Assembly (NCBI GenBank): GCA_028704885.1
Contig: JAQWEN010000001.1
Span: 523,107 to 587,106, forward strand
Source of the DNA: Candidatus Shapirobacteria bacterium
Lineage (GTDB): Bacteria; Patescibacteriota; Microgenomatia; UBA12405
Direction of reading: 5' to 3'
Length of the DNA: 64,000 bases
Shown here: piece by piece, positions 28,534 through 38,296 of the stretch
Position numbering within the stretch: the stretch's first letter is position 1
Layout: every line of letters starts with the position of its first letter
Notes under the pieces: generated by a model
The model's database searches: none
What the model was told of the DNA's origin: nothing
Seen by the model: only the letters and a program-made list of their open reading frames with translations
Made by a program: the position numbers and the translations under genes

Positions 28534-29041
28534 AAAGGGCTTAACGTTGGTTTGTTGGTGGGTCGACAGAATGTCACCGCAAAACACGTATAAGCCCTTT
28601 ACTAGGAATGAAATGAGTTTGTGGGGTGGATAATCTGTTTATCATTAACGAGGTATTTAAAATAAAAACTGTTAATGATAACTGAATAAATTGGATTCAT
28701 TGACGGAGAGTGTTAAACGACTAAGTACAGATGCACATCTGTTTGTCGTAACACTACTTTGTCTTTCCCTCTGGAAGAGGAAAATTACCGAATAGGTATA
28801 TTCAGTTTTTTGGCCACGTCCGAGCTTTGGTTTCTCCGCAAAAGAGAAGAAAGTTTGGTTTTAACGGCCCTCCTTTCATAAATGAAAAGAATGAAAATAC
28901 CAGACAACTGAATCAACAATTTGGAAACGATGAAACACGCGCCACTTACTATAACATGAAGGTCAAAGAGCAACTGTTTAGAAGATCATCAAGATGATCT
29001 GATGTAATAATATGGCTTTTTAAAAGGAAAGAAAAGGGGGC
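28534..29041 (+). ncRNA. Candidate large structured non-coding RNA of unknown family
   Basis: No credible ORF; at least 6 hairpins plus long-range helices; G-U pairs favour the + strand. Confidence 0.55.
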
Positions 29042-29044
29042 AAA

Positions 29045-30169
29045 TTAATTTAGATTAGAGGAACTAGTGGCAGTTGGTTGAGAAACAAAATTTTTAATAT
29101 CTGTCCAATTATTTTCGCCTATTTTTGGGATTAAAATAAATTGACCATCAAAACTTTTTGTATCAATTAAAAGATTATTATCGGTGATGGGATAGGACTC
29201 GATTTTGTAGCTTTGGTATTCATCAGCCTTACTAATTAATTGTTGCATTTGTTCTAAATTTATATCGGTAGTTAAATTGCCGGCTAAAGAATTTACAAAG
29301 GGAATTAATTTGGAAATAAAGTTTAAAGAAATAATTTTTTTCTTGAGAGCCTCGATGACTAATTTTTGACGGGCAGAACGATTGAAATCTCCTCCATCTT
29401 CTGGAGAATGACGGGAGCGAACAAATTTTAGAGCCGTAAGGCTATCCAGGTGTTGTAAGCCTTTGTCAAAATGAAGATTTTCATAGCGACAAGTAAACTG
29501 TTCTTCAAGTTTAGAAGCTGACATGGTGGCGGTTAAAGCAGCTATTTCTTCATCGGTTTTACCACAAGGATCATTTATATTTTCTTCAATTGGGTAAAGT
29601 GGATCATTAAAAGTTTTTTGAACATTAACATCAATGCCGCCAAGGGTATCAACTGTTTTTAAAAAACCATTAAAATTAATAGTGGCAAAATTATCAATAG
29701 AAAAACCCAAAACTTGAGACAAGACGGTTTTTGACATTTGACCACCACCAGCAAGACCAGTAAATTGAATTTCTTTATTTGGATAACGTTTATCATCAAG
29801 ACCAATAGTATAAGCCGCATTAATTTTTGACATTTTAGTAATACCGATAGCAACGGGAATTGGAATCCATAAATCACGAGGAATGGAAATTAATTTAATT
29901 TTTTTTTCGAGAGGAATAAATTGAGCTACTAAAATCGAGTCAGTTAGAGTGCCACCTTCGTGAACGCCACCGCCATAACCCATCAGAGCAATAGCAAATG
30001 GTTTATTAGGATCAGGAGTAGGAGTAACAGTGGGAGTAATTTCTTTAGAAATAGGATTTTTGTTTACTTTAACAACAACTTGGCGGTATTTTATAAAAGC
30101 AAAAATAGCAAAAAAAACAGCCACAGACAGGTTGAAAATAATAAAAACTATAAGAATTTTCTTGGCCAT
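29045..30169 (-). CDS. LCP (LytR-CpsA-Psr) family cell-wall ligase
   Basis: N-terminal TM, LTDSILV, ISIPRDLW, KINAAY, FVRSRH, DFNRSARQ. Confidence 0.92.
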   Translation of the reverse strand: MAKKILIVFIIFNLSVAVFFAIFAFIKYRQVVVKVNKNPISKEITPTVTPTPDPNKPFAIALMGYGGGVHEGGTLTDSILVAQFIPLEKKIKLISIPRDLWIPIPVAIGITKMSKINAAYTIGLDDKRYPNKEIQFTGLAGGGQMSKTVLSQVLGFSIDNFATINFNGFLKTVDTLGGIDVNVQKTFNDPLYPIEENINDPCGKTDEEIAALTATMSASKLEEQFTCRYENLHFDKGLQHLDSLTALKFVRSRHSPEDGGDFNRSARQKLVIEALKKKIISLNFISKLIPFVNSLAGNLTTDINLEQMQQLISKADEYQSYKIESYPITDNNLLIDTKSFDGQFILIPKIGENNWTDIKNFVSQPTATSSSNLN

Positions 30170-30185
30170 TGGTTTATATTTTAGC

Positions 30186-31007
30186 TTATTTTTTGACTCG
30201 AATTCGATTCAAATATTTTTTTTCAAAACCATCGACGAAGTCTTTTTTGGATAATGGAACAAATTTTTGATAGATTTCAAAAAAATCTACCCATTGATCT
30301 AGATTTAATTGACTTGGTTTCAATTGATTAATTTTTAGGCTTTTATTAATGTTTTTAAATTGTTCATAAGAAAAAACTTTTTTATAAGCGTTGAAAATAT
30401 CTTCTTTCCATTGATTAAAACCAAAAATTACAAAATCGCGAAATTGTTGATAAATATCGGAGTCAATTGGATTTTGATCTTTTAGAATAAATTTAATAAA
30501 ACTAATATTTATTTGGGGTTTTGGGGTAAAAGCAGTTCGGTCAATTTGGCCTAAAATTTCAATATCGTAAAAAATTTTAGCAAGAATGGAATTTTGAGTT
30601 TCAATTTCAGCACCGACATATTTTTGAGCTGCTTCGGTTTGAAGAATTAAATAAATTTCAGTCGGTTTGTTTTCTGATTTGAGTAATTTATCAATAATTT
30701 CAGCGGTAATACTGAAAGGAATATTAGAAAAAATTTTATATGGTTTGTCTGGTAAATTCCAAATTAAAAAATCTTTATTGATAAGTTTTAATTTAGGGTC
30801 TTGGTTAAATTTTTCCAAAAGTCCTTGATATAAATCAGAGTCTTTTTCAATGGCAATTACCTCTTTAGCCCGGGAAAGTAATTGTTTAGTTATGATTCCC
30901 CTGCCTGGACCAATTTCGACAACTAAATCACTGGAATTAATAGAGCTAGCATTTAAAAGCTCTTTGACGACAAAAGGATCTTTAATAAAGTTTTGAGAAA
31001 GCAGCAT
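30186..31007 (-). CDS. rRNA adenine N6-methyltransferase, Erm-like member of the KsgA/Erm family
   Basis: SQNF, EIGPGRG, IEKD, YKIFSNIPF, FTPKP. Confidence 0.85.
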   Translation of the reverse strand: MLLSQNFIKDPFVVKELLNASSINSSDLVVEIGPGRGIITKQLLSRAKEVIAIEKDSDLYQGLLEKFNQDPKLKLINKDFLIWNLPDKPYKIFSNIPFSITAEIIDKLLKSENKPTEIYLILQTEAAQKYVGAEIETQNSILAKIFYDIEILGQIDRTAFTPKPQINISFIKFILKDQNPIDSDIYQQFRDFVIFGFNQWKEDIFNAYKKVFSYEQFKNINKSLKINQLKPSQLNLDQWVDFFEIYQKFVPLSKKDFVDGFEKKYLNRIRVKK

Positions 31008-31537
31008 TAAAATTCTTCTGGTGGTAAATATTCTTCACCGGAATCACTAGAAACTTGATTGGCTTTGAGCCAAAGAACATAATCACAACCAGTGGCTTTT
31101 TTAGCTTCTCGATCCCAACCAGAGGTAGAGCATTTTTTCATTTTTTTACCATTGGCAGTAGTGAAAAGAACTAAAGGTTGGCCACATTTTGGACATTTTT
31201 CGTCTAGATTTTCAGTTGTACCATTGATCCATTCAACATAATCACAACCTTCAACTTTTTTAGTTTCTTTATTCCAGGTACCAGCACTACATTTCTTCAT
31301 TTTTTTACCAAATCGGGTAACTTGAAGAATTAGAGGAGCACCGCATTTAGGACATTTTTCGTCTAATTGTTGAGGTTCAACTTCGAGCCATTTAACATAA
31401 TCACAACCTTCGGTTTTATGGGTTTGAGGATTCCAAGAACCTTGGGAACAACGTTGAAGACGTTTACCAGTTGGAGTTTCAGTTACTTCACTTAATGGAG
31501 AATTACATTTTGGACAGAGATCTGTATTTTGAGTCAT
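31007..31537 (-). CDS. Standalone topoisomerase I-type C4 zinc-ribbon repeat protein (3 repeats)
   Basis: Three CPKC...CS..W...GCDYVxW units. Confidence 0.8.
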   Translation of the reverse strand: MTQNTDLCPKCNSPLSEVTETPTGKRLQRCSQGSWNPQTHKTEGCDYVKWLEVEPQQLDEKCPKCGAPLILQVTRFGKKMKKCSAGTWNKETKKVEGCDYVEWINGTTENLDEKCPKCGQPLVLFTTANGKKMKKCSTSGWDREAKKATGCDYVLWLKANQVSSDSGEEYLPPEEF

Positions 31538-31556
31538 ATTAATTATAGTAACACAA

Positions 31557-32276
31557 TTATTTTTGAGAGTTAGTTTTTTCAGCCATTAAATTGGCAACCC
31601 TTAATAATGAATCAAAAGTACCAGCATCTTCCCAAAGGGTATTAAAAACATTAACTTTTAATTCACCGTTTTTGAGATAAATATTATTAAGGTCAGTAAC
31701 TTCGATTTCACCACGAACAGATGGAGCTAAATTTTTAGCATATTCAACCACTCGATTATCATAAGTGTAAAGGCCAACAACGGCGTAATTACTTTTTGGA
31801 TTAACTGGTTTTTCTTCAATGGAAACGGCTTTCATATCTTTATCAAATTCAACCACACCAAAACGTTCTGGATCAGGAACCTGTTTGGCAAAAACCATGG
31901 CACCACCTTTGAAATTTTTAATTTCATTAGAAAAGTCTTGATCAAAAATGTTATCACCCAAAATCATAGTGACATCATCGTCACCGATAAACTCATCACC
32001 AATGATAAATGCATCAGCCAAACCTTTTGGTTCTTTTTGAACAGCATAGCTAAAATGAGCACCGAATTCTTTACCGTCACCTAAAAGATTTAAAAAATGA
32101 CCAGAATAATCCGGAGCAATGATAATTAAAATTTCAGTAATACCGGCTTTAATTAAAGTTTCGATTGGGTAAAAAATCATCGGTTTATTGTAAACTGGGA
32201 GAAGTTGTTTTGAAGTAATGGCAGTTAGAGGACGTAAACGGGTGGCTTTACCGCCAGCTAAAATAATTCCTTTCAT
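31557..32276 (-). CDS. Sugar-1-phosphate nucleotidylyltransferase (glucose-1-phosphate thymidylyltransferase-like)
   Basis: [49 protein letters not shown]. Confidence 0.92.
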   Translation of the reverse strand: MKGIILAGGKATRLRPLTAITSKQLLPVYNKPMIFYPIETLIKAGITEILIIIAPDYSGHFLNLLGDGKEFGAHFSYAVQKEPKGLADAFIIGDEFIGDDDVTMILGDNIFDQDFSNEIKNFKGGAMVFAKQVPDPERFGVVEFDKDMKAVSIEEKPVNPKSNYAVVGLYTYDNRVVEYAKNLAPSVRGEIEVTDLNNIYLKNGELKVNVFNTLWEDAGTFDSLLRVANLMAEKTNSQK

Positions 32277-32322
32277 ATATATCAAATTGGGTTAATTTGT
32301 AACTAAAGATATTTTACTATAT

Positions 32323-33513
32323 TTATTTCTTTTTGTTTTTCCAAATGAAAGTGTTGTACATAAACCAATTGTAAGGAAGAACCAAAAAGACGATTATAAA
32401 TGGTAATAAAAGTTGACGAGATACTCCTAAGTATTTAACGCCAAGTGAGCCAACTACAGTTTGAATTAATAAAGCACCCGCGGACGATAAATTGAATTGG
32501 AAAAATTTACCAATTAAGGCAACTGGACCAGAAATACTTTGTTTTTTAAATGTCCAAATATTATTAAGGGTAAAATTACTAACTATAGCCAATTCTGTGG
32601 ATAGTAACCAAGCTAACCATTCAATTGACCAAGATTTAGAAAAAACATTTAAGAATATGGCGTTTACTAAATAACCGACAAAACCAACCGTGCCAAATTT
32701 TAAAAACTTTTGAGTAAAATCATCAAACCATCGAAGTAAAATAGCGACCCGAAAAATATCTTTGGCAGTTTTGGCTTCAATCTTTGATTCACCGGCATTA
32801 CGAACATGAAATTGGAGAGGAACTTCTTTAAATTTGGCACCCATTTTGAGAGTCTCAAAAAGAAGTTGAAGTTTATAACCAAAACTTTTAGTAAGCAAAC
32901 GATCACCAGTCCAGTCCAAATCCATCTTGTCAATAAAACCTTTAACTCTAGTTACCTTTAATCCAGTAGTTGGATCGGTAACTTTGAAAAAGTTTTTGAA
33001 AGGAAAAAATAAAATAAAGCGAGCAACAAAACCACCAAATTCACTGAAGAAAACTCGTTTAAAACCCCAACCTTTGGGATTGGAACCACCTTTAACTTTA
33101 CGAGAACCAATGACATAGTCATAACCTTCTTCCATGGCTTTAAGCATTAAAGGAATGGTTTCTGGCGGATGTTGAAAATCACCATCAAATTCAAAAACAA
33201 AATCAGCATCTAGTTTATCAATAGCGTATTTGAAACCCTTTAAATAAGCAGCACCAATTCCATCTTTACTAGTTTCCGTCAAAAGGAAAGTATTATTGTA
33301 TTTTTTAGCTTCTTTTTCGACAACTTTACCGGTACCATCGGGAGAATTTCCATCAACAACTAAAATTTTCATATTCCAAGCTTCAGTTAAATCCCCTTTT
33401 TTAGCAATTATGTTAGGAAAAGTTTTGGAATTTAAATATTCAATCATGCGACCGATATTATCGGCTTCGTTATATGTTGGAATAACAATGACGGCGACAT
33501 TTTGTTGTTTCAT
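32323..33513 (-). CDS. GT2 polyprenol-phosphate glycosyltransferase fused to a GtrA flippase domain
   Basis: IPTYNEADN, VDGNSPDGT, FDGDFQH, then a four-TM GtrA domain (FLKFGTVG...NFTLNNIWTF). Confidence 0.88.
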   Translation of the reverse strand: MKQQNVAVIVIPTYNEADNIGRMIEYLNSKTFPNIIAKKGDLTEAWNMKILVVDGNSPDGTGKVVEKEAKKYNNTFLLTETSKDGIGAAYLKGFKYAIDKLDADFVFEFDGDFQHPPETIPLMLKAMEEGYDYVIGSRKVKGGSNPKGWGFKRVFFSEFGGFVARFILFFPFKNFFKVTDPTTGLKVTRVKGFIDKMDLDWTGDRLLTKSFGYKLQLLFETLKMGAKFKEVPLQFHVRNAGESKIEAKTAKDIFRVAILLRWFDDFTQKFLKFGTVGFVGYLVNAIFLNVFSKSWSIEWLAWLLSTELAIVSNFTLNNIWTFKKQSISGPVALIGKFFQFNLSSAGALLIQTVVGSLGVKYLGVSRQLLLPFIIVFLVLPYNWFMYNTFIWKNKKK

Positions 33514-33550
33514 ATTAAATCAGTATAACTCAAAATGGTAAAATATTGAT

Positions 33551-34231
33551 ATGAAAATAGATATTGTCACATTGTTCCCTAAAATGTTTGAATCACCTTT
33601 TGCAGAAAGTATTATCAAAAGGGCAGTAAAAAATAAAATAATTGACCTAAAAATTTATAATTTGAGAGATTGGGCTTTGGATAGTTATGGATCAGTCGAC
33701 GATAAACCATTTGGCGGTGATGTGGGAATGTTAATTAGACCAGAACCTGTGTTTAATGCTTTAGAATCAATCAAAAAAGAAACTGCCGGTAAAACAAAAA
33801 TAATTATGATGTCAGCTAGAGGAAAGAAATTTGATCAAGCAAAGGCTGAAGAACTAGCGAAGTTAGACAATTTAATTTTAATTGCTGGACATTATGAAGG
33901 ATTTGACCAAAGAATCTCTGATTTTATGGTAGATGAGGAAATATCGATAGGCGACTATGTATTAACCGGGGGTGAATTGCCAGCCATGGTAATTACTGAT
34001 GCAGTGTCTAGATTAGTACCGGGAGTATTAGGAAAAGATGAATCAAGTCAAATTGAAAGTTTCAGCCAGAGGCTGATTGCAGGTCAGATGGTAAGAACAA
34101 TAGAATATCCGCAATATACCAGGCCAAGAGAATTTATGGGGCATAAAGTTCCAGAAGTATTAGTTGGTGGTGATCCAAAAAAAATTAAAGAATGGCAGAT
34201 GGAACAAATCAGAAAAGGGTTCCAGAAATAA
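33551..34231 (+). CDS. trmD: tRNA (guanine37-N1)-methyltransferase
   Basis: TLFP, VDDKPFGG, GHYEGFDQR, SIGDYVLTGGE, YPQYTRP. Confidence 0.97.
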   Translation: MKIDIVTLFPKMFESPFAESIIKRAVKNKIIDLKIYNLRDWALDSYGSVDDKPFGGDVGMLIRPEPVFNALESIKKETAGKTKIIMMSARGKKFDQAKAEELAKLDNLILIAGHYEGFDQRISDFMVDEEISIGDYVLTGGELPAMVITDAVSRLVPGVLGKDESSQIESFSQRLIAGQMVRTIEYPQYTRPREFMGHKVPEVLVGGDPKKIKEWQMEQIRKGFQK

Positions 34232-34469
34232 AGACAATTCCAATTAAAATTATCAATAAATATTCTATAACGATTGATATCTGTAAATCGCCTCTTTTGT
34301 AATGATGGTAAAGACTCCAGCAAAAATAAACAATACCGACACTATAAATAATCCATCTTCTGGCTTGAGAATTATCGATAAAAAAATAAAGACAAAGACT
34401 AAAAATAAGACTAGTTAATAAAGCTATATATTCAACCGGTTTTTGTTTGACTTCTTTTGGAATGATCAT
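34209..34469 (-). CDS. Small three-TM membrane protein
   Basis: Hydrophobic ORF coupled to the CAP-domain gene; YFCWSLYHH...IEY. Confidence 0.7.
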   Translation of the reverse strand: MIIPKEVKQKPVEYIALLTSLIFSLCLYFFIDNSQARRWIIYSVGIVYFCWSLYHHYKRGDLQISIVIEYLLIILIGIVFISGTLF

Positions 34470-35386
34470 TAAAAAATACTCCCTTGTTGGTTATAAAGCA
34501 TTAATAAAAAGATAAAAATCAAAAAACCAATATGTCCAATATTGGAACCGGTAAGACGATGGGTATTATTTTTTAACGTAATAAAGCCGTCAACAAAAAG
34601 AACTATAACCAGAACTATAAAAATAATGGAACCAAAAATTTTACTGAGAGTTAAAGGACTAATTAATTTTTTATTATTTCCGGCTAAAACTTCAGTATTT
34701 TTAATTTCCGGAATATCTATTGCCTGTGGAATTATGTCTGAGACAGGTTGAGTTACAGCTTCTGGTTCGACAGCATCACTGGTCTGTTTGGAAACGGTGG
34801 TTTTTGGTGCGGCTTGAGCTACAAGTGGAGTTCCAAAATGTTGGACAACCAGGGTCGTTTTAATACCTCCAAGAGTGCCATTTACAACAGCAATACCAAT
34901 TTCTTTGTATTTCGGATGGATAATATTAGCCTTGTGGGTAGGAGAATTCATCCAAGCTTTAATTAAAGAATCAGTGTCATAAAAGTCTTTGGCTAAATTT
35001 TCACCAGCAACAGAATATTTATAACCAGCGGCATCAAAAAAAGTCCAAGGAGTTTTGCCTTGAGGTGAATTGTGAGCCCAATAATCATTTTTAAACATAT
35101 CTTCGGCTTTTTTTCTGGCAGATTCGGAAAGAGTAGCACTGTATTGAAGGGGTTCTAATCCAGCATTTTTCCTTTCATTATTGGTTTGATCTAAAACTTT
35201 TTGATAAGTAATTTCCGAAGAATAACCAAGAATTCCCGGCTTAACCATAACCAGAGTTTTAATAACCGACTGATTTAGTAAATATAAAATTAAAAAGAAA
35301 AGTAAAAAATTGGGTTTCAAAAGAGTAGCCCGATGGTTATTCCTTTCCTGAGGAATAAAATAATGAGTCCATAATTTCTTCAACAC
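34469..35386 (-). CDS. CAP/SCP-domain membrane protein
   Basis: TNNER, KAEDM..YWAH, GENLA, AWMNSPTHKANI, VVQHFG; C-terminal TM segments. Confidence 0.9.
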   Translation of the reverse strand: MLKKLWTHYFIPQERNNHRATLLKPNFLLFFLILYLLNQSVIKTLVMVKPGILGYSSEITYQKVLDQTNNERKNAGLEPLQYSATLSESARKKAEDMFKNDYWAHNSPQGKTPWTFFDAAGYKYSVAGENLAKDFYDTDSLIKAWMNSPTHKANIIHPKYKEIGIAVVNGTLGGIKTTLVVQHFGTPLVAQAAPKTTVSKQTSDAVEPEAVTQPVSDIIPQAIDIPEIKNTEVLAGNNKKLISPLTLSKIFGSIIFIVLVIVLFVDGFITLKNNTHRLTGSNIGHIGFLIFIFLLMLYNQQGSIF

Positions 35387-35765
35387 ATTATTAGTATAGA
35401 TGATTTTTTTTGTTTTTCAAAAAACGAATTAAAAGACATATATATACCAAGCATTTATAGAATAATTACTTTTGAAAGTGATAATTTAATTAAAAATTGA
35501 TACATATTATTTATGTATATAGATATTAAACCATTTAAGTATATTTAATGTAATGTATCAACAAATTTTTTGTTTTTAAATATTGTAATATTTTTTATAA
35601 ATGTTAATAATATATGGTAAATAAGGTAATATATTAATTTTTAAAAATTAAATAAAACACTTGACAACTATTCTATAGTTATGGTTTTATCTAATGTTGA
35701 TTAATAATGGATAATAAAAATATTTGACAGAATTTGATCAATTTTATTAATTAATTAGAAAATAA

Positions 35766-36398
35766 ATGAAAAAAAATTTTTTTATTCCGATAATGATTAT
35801 TACTTTAGTGGGGATCGGCGCTGGAATAACACTAACTAGAGCTTTTTTTAGTGCTAGAAAAACAACCTCTGGCAGTAAATTTACAGCAGGAACATTAGAT
35901 TTAGCAATTGGACAAGGTATTTCTGATCCTTTCGTTGTGGAAAATATCGGTGCTGAAGGAAATATTAGTGGAGGTAAAACTTGGACAATTAGAAATACTG
36001 GATCACTTCCTGGCCGATTATATATGAAGCTTACTAATTTAAAAAATATCTCGTCTGGATGCATTAATGAACCAAAAACATTAGCCGATCCATTATGTGC
36101 TGAAACTAATCATGAGGGTAATTTGGGTAAAGTTGTAAAAACAAAAATAACACTTGATGGTGTTGATGTTATTACAAATAACACTTTATCAACTGCCGAC
36201 CAAGATAAATATGGTACTCAATGGAATAATTTAACTCCAGTGATAATACCTGCCGGCGGTTCAAAAACTGTGGCTTTAAATTGGAGTGCATCTCAAGATG
36301 ATTATGGTAATGAAATCCAAGGAGATAATACTCAATTTGATATTGAATATAATTTAGTTCAATTAGATGCTGCAGTTAGTCCTACCGTAACTCCATAA
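35766..36398 (+). CDS. TasA/camelysin-family protein with SipW-cognate signal peptide
   Basis: Signal peptide followed by TRAFFS...SKFTAGTLDL, then IRNTGSL and GNEIQGD. Confidence 0.82.
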   Translation: MKKNFFIPIMIITLVGIGAGITLTRAFFSARKTTSGSKFTAGTLDLAIGQGISDPFVVENIGAEGNISGGKTWTIRNTGSLPGRLYMKLTNLKNISSGCINEPKTLADPLCAETNHEGNLGKVVKTKITLDGVDVITNNTLSTADQDKYGTQWNNLTPVIIPAGGSKTVALNWSASQDDYGNEIQGDNTQFDIEYNLVQLDAAVSPTVTP

Positions 36399-36411
36399 TA
36401 GTTTGATAAAA

Positions 36412-36927
36412 ATGAATAATATAAAAAAAATTCTTCATTTTTTATTTGGAACAGTTACATGGCTGGCCATAGGGATATTAATAATATCCCTATTGGCCGG
36501 TTTTTTGTCTAGTTCCAGTGTTTTAGGTAAATATCATTTATATATAGTGCAATCTGGATCAATGGAACCATCAATTATGACTGGTGATATTATTATTACC
36601 AGTTCTCAAAGAGACTATAAAAAAAATGAGGCTATTACATTTACTGATCCATCAATTGGTATTGTTACTCACCGAATTTGGGATATAACTGGTGATGGAA
36701 AAAATAAACGATTTTTGACAAAAGGTGATGCTAATCGCTCTGTTGATAGTAATAATATTTCTTTGTCACAAGTTATTGGAAAAGTAGTTGGTGTTTTGCC
36801 TAAATTGGGATATGTGGTGGTTTTTAGTCGTAAACCGCTTGGAGTGTTGTTGCTGATAGGAATACCAGCTGTTGTAATTATTTTTGAAGAAATTTTTAAA
36901 TTAAAAAAGGCAATTAATTCACAGTGA
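36412..36927 (+). CDS. sipW: Signal peptidase I, SipW/ER type
   Basis: VQSGSMEP, GDII, VTHRI, TKGDAN..D. Confidence 0.9.
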   Translation: MNNIKKILHFLFGTVTWLAIGILIISLLAGFLSSSSVLGKYHLYIVQSGSMEPSIMTGDIIITSSQRDYKKNEAITFTDPSIGIVTHRIWDITGDGKNKRFLTKGDANRSVDSNNISLSQVIGKVVGVLPKLGYVVVFSRKPLGVLLLIGIPAVVIIFEEIFKLKKAINSQ

Positions 36928-37502
36928 AAGAATCTAGAAAGTTTATATTAAGAATTTTTTTTATTTTTATAGTCGTTCTTAATATATCAACAAAGGCAAC
37001 AGCTGCTGATTTAAGAGTAGAAAAAATAATTAAAAATAATAAATTTCAAACCACAACATTGTCTTTTTCTAGTAATTCAACAATTAATACTAATAAAACG
37101 AATGTTTTGTTTAAAACTATGGGATTAATTGCAAATGGTTTTGATGTTGGATCTATTAGAATAAAAAATGAAGGAAAAATGGATTTTTCTTATCATTTAA
37201 AATCTAATTTAAATGGTGAAGATAAGGCGTTGTGTGAGGTTTTAACTTTGGACGTTATTAAAGGAAAAGAATTTGTTTATCAAGGAAAATTAACAGACCT
37301 TTCATTGGAAATGAAAAGTAAATCTGGAAGTATAGATGATTATATTCTTATTTTATATTTAAATGATAACAACCGAAATTTGGTTCAAAAAAATTGTCAA
37401 TTTGATTTTTATTTTAAAACTTTTAACGAAAATCAAATCGAAGGTAGTGGTTTTAGTGACGAAAAGAAAATTAGTAATTTTATTAATTCGGGAAATTGGT
37501 AA
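36924..37502 (+). CDS. Secreted TasA-like accessory protein
   Basis: Signal peptide, NNKFQTTTLSF, IKNEGKM, YQGKL, CQFDF, GFSDEK..N...GNW. Confidence 0.6.
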   Translation: MKESRKFILRIFFIFIVVLNISTKATAADLRVEKIIKNNKFQTTTLSFSSNSTINTNKTNVLFKTMGLIANGFDVGSIRIKNEGKMDFSYHLKSNLNGEDKALCEVLTLDVIKGKEFVYQGKLTDLSLEMKSKSGSIDDYILILYLNDNNRNLVQKNCQFDFYFKTFNENQIEGSGFSDEKKISNFINSGNW

Positions 37503-37510
37503 ACTGAACA

Positions 37511-37981
37511 ATGAAATTAAAATCGGTGGTGTTTTTTGCAGCTATTTTTTTTATTTTTTTTATTACAATTTTAGTTGGTTTTAATAATGTTGAACTTCCA
37601 TTTGGAACAAGAATTATTTCTTTTGAATCTGATTCGATGGTTCCTACAATTTTCCCTGGATCTTTAATAATTATTCACAAAGAAGCTTGGTATGAAAAAG
37701 GTGATATTATAACTTTTTGGTCAAAAGTTAAAGAGAAAGAGATTTTGGTTACACATAGAATTAATAGAATAGGTGGAAATGTTTATGTTACTAAAGGAGA
37801 TTCAAATTATTATCAAGATTACACCTTGGTGGTTCCAAGATTAATTGATGGTAGGGTTGTAATGATAATTCCATATTTAGGGTTTATTTTAGAATTTTTT
37901 AGATCGAAAATTGGGTTAACTTTGTTTATGATTCCTGTGGTTTTTGTTATTTATAAAGAAATAAAAACTATTAAAAATTAA
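37511..37981 (+). CDS. Second SipW-type signal peptidase I
   Basis: ESDSMVP, GDIITF, VTHRI, TKGDSN, IPYLG. Confidence 0.85.
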   Translation: MKLKSVVFFAAIFFIFFITILVGFNNVELPFGTRIISFESDSMVPTIFPGSLIIIHKEAWYEKGDIITFWSKVKEKEILVTHRINRIGGNVYVTKGDSNYYQDYTLVVPRLIDGRVVMIIPYLGFILEFFRSKIGLTLFMIPVVFVIYKEIKTIKN

Positions 37982-38296
37982 AATTCCGATTAAAATTCCG
38001 ATTAAATCTATTAAAGTGTCTCTAAAACGACTGGTGCGACCTGGGACAAAAGATTGGTGAACTTCATCTGAAATAGCGTATAGATAGGCAATTAAAACAA
38101 CTAATTTCTTTTTTTGAATTGCAAAATAAAGAAGAATGGCAAGAAAAGCATATTCAATAAGATGAAAAGATTTTAAAATTAAAAATCGATCAGTTTCATT
38201 CGTACCAATACCGATGGTGGAACGTGAAGAAAAATAAAAAATTACCGACATCCAAATAATAGAGGGGACAAATCTAACTACTTTGTTAATTTTCAT
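37916..38296 (-). CDS. VanZ family membrane protein
   Basis: WMSVIFYFSS, KSFHLIEY, YAISDEVHQSFVPGR, DTLID. Confidence 0.88.
   Translation of the reverse strand: MKINKVVRFVPSIIWMSVIFYFSSRSTIGIGTNETDRFLILKSFHLIEYAFLAILLYFAIQKKKLVVLIAYLYAISDEVHQSFVPGRTSRFRDTLIDLIGILIGILIFNSFYFFINNKNHRNHKQS

Noticed and set aside
28709-28730. Group I intron R-like element (GTTAAACGACTAA)
   Set aside because: There is no matching S element (AAGATATAGTC) and no interrupted host gene; the segment is explained by a local hairpin.
28327-28973. Minus-strand ORFs 28327-28587 and 28785-28973
   Set aside because: They are antisense to tRNA-Gln or the structured region and show no protein-like motifs.
28534-29041. tmRNA or SRP RNA
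   Set aside because: No tRNA-like ends with a T-arm, and no SRP helix-8 GGAA/AGCAG motif.
35390-35765. AT-rich spacer as a replication origin
   Set aside because: No cluster of TTATCCACA DnaA boxes and no dnaA/dnaN nearby; more likely a divergent promoter region.
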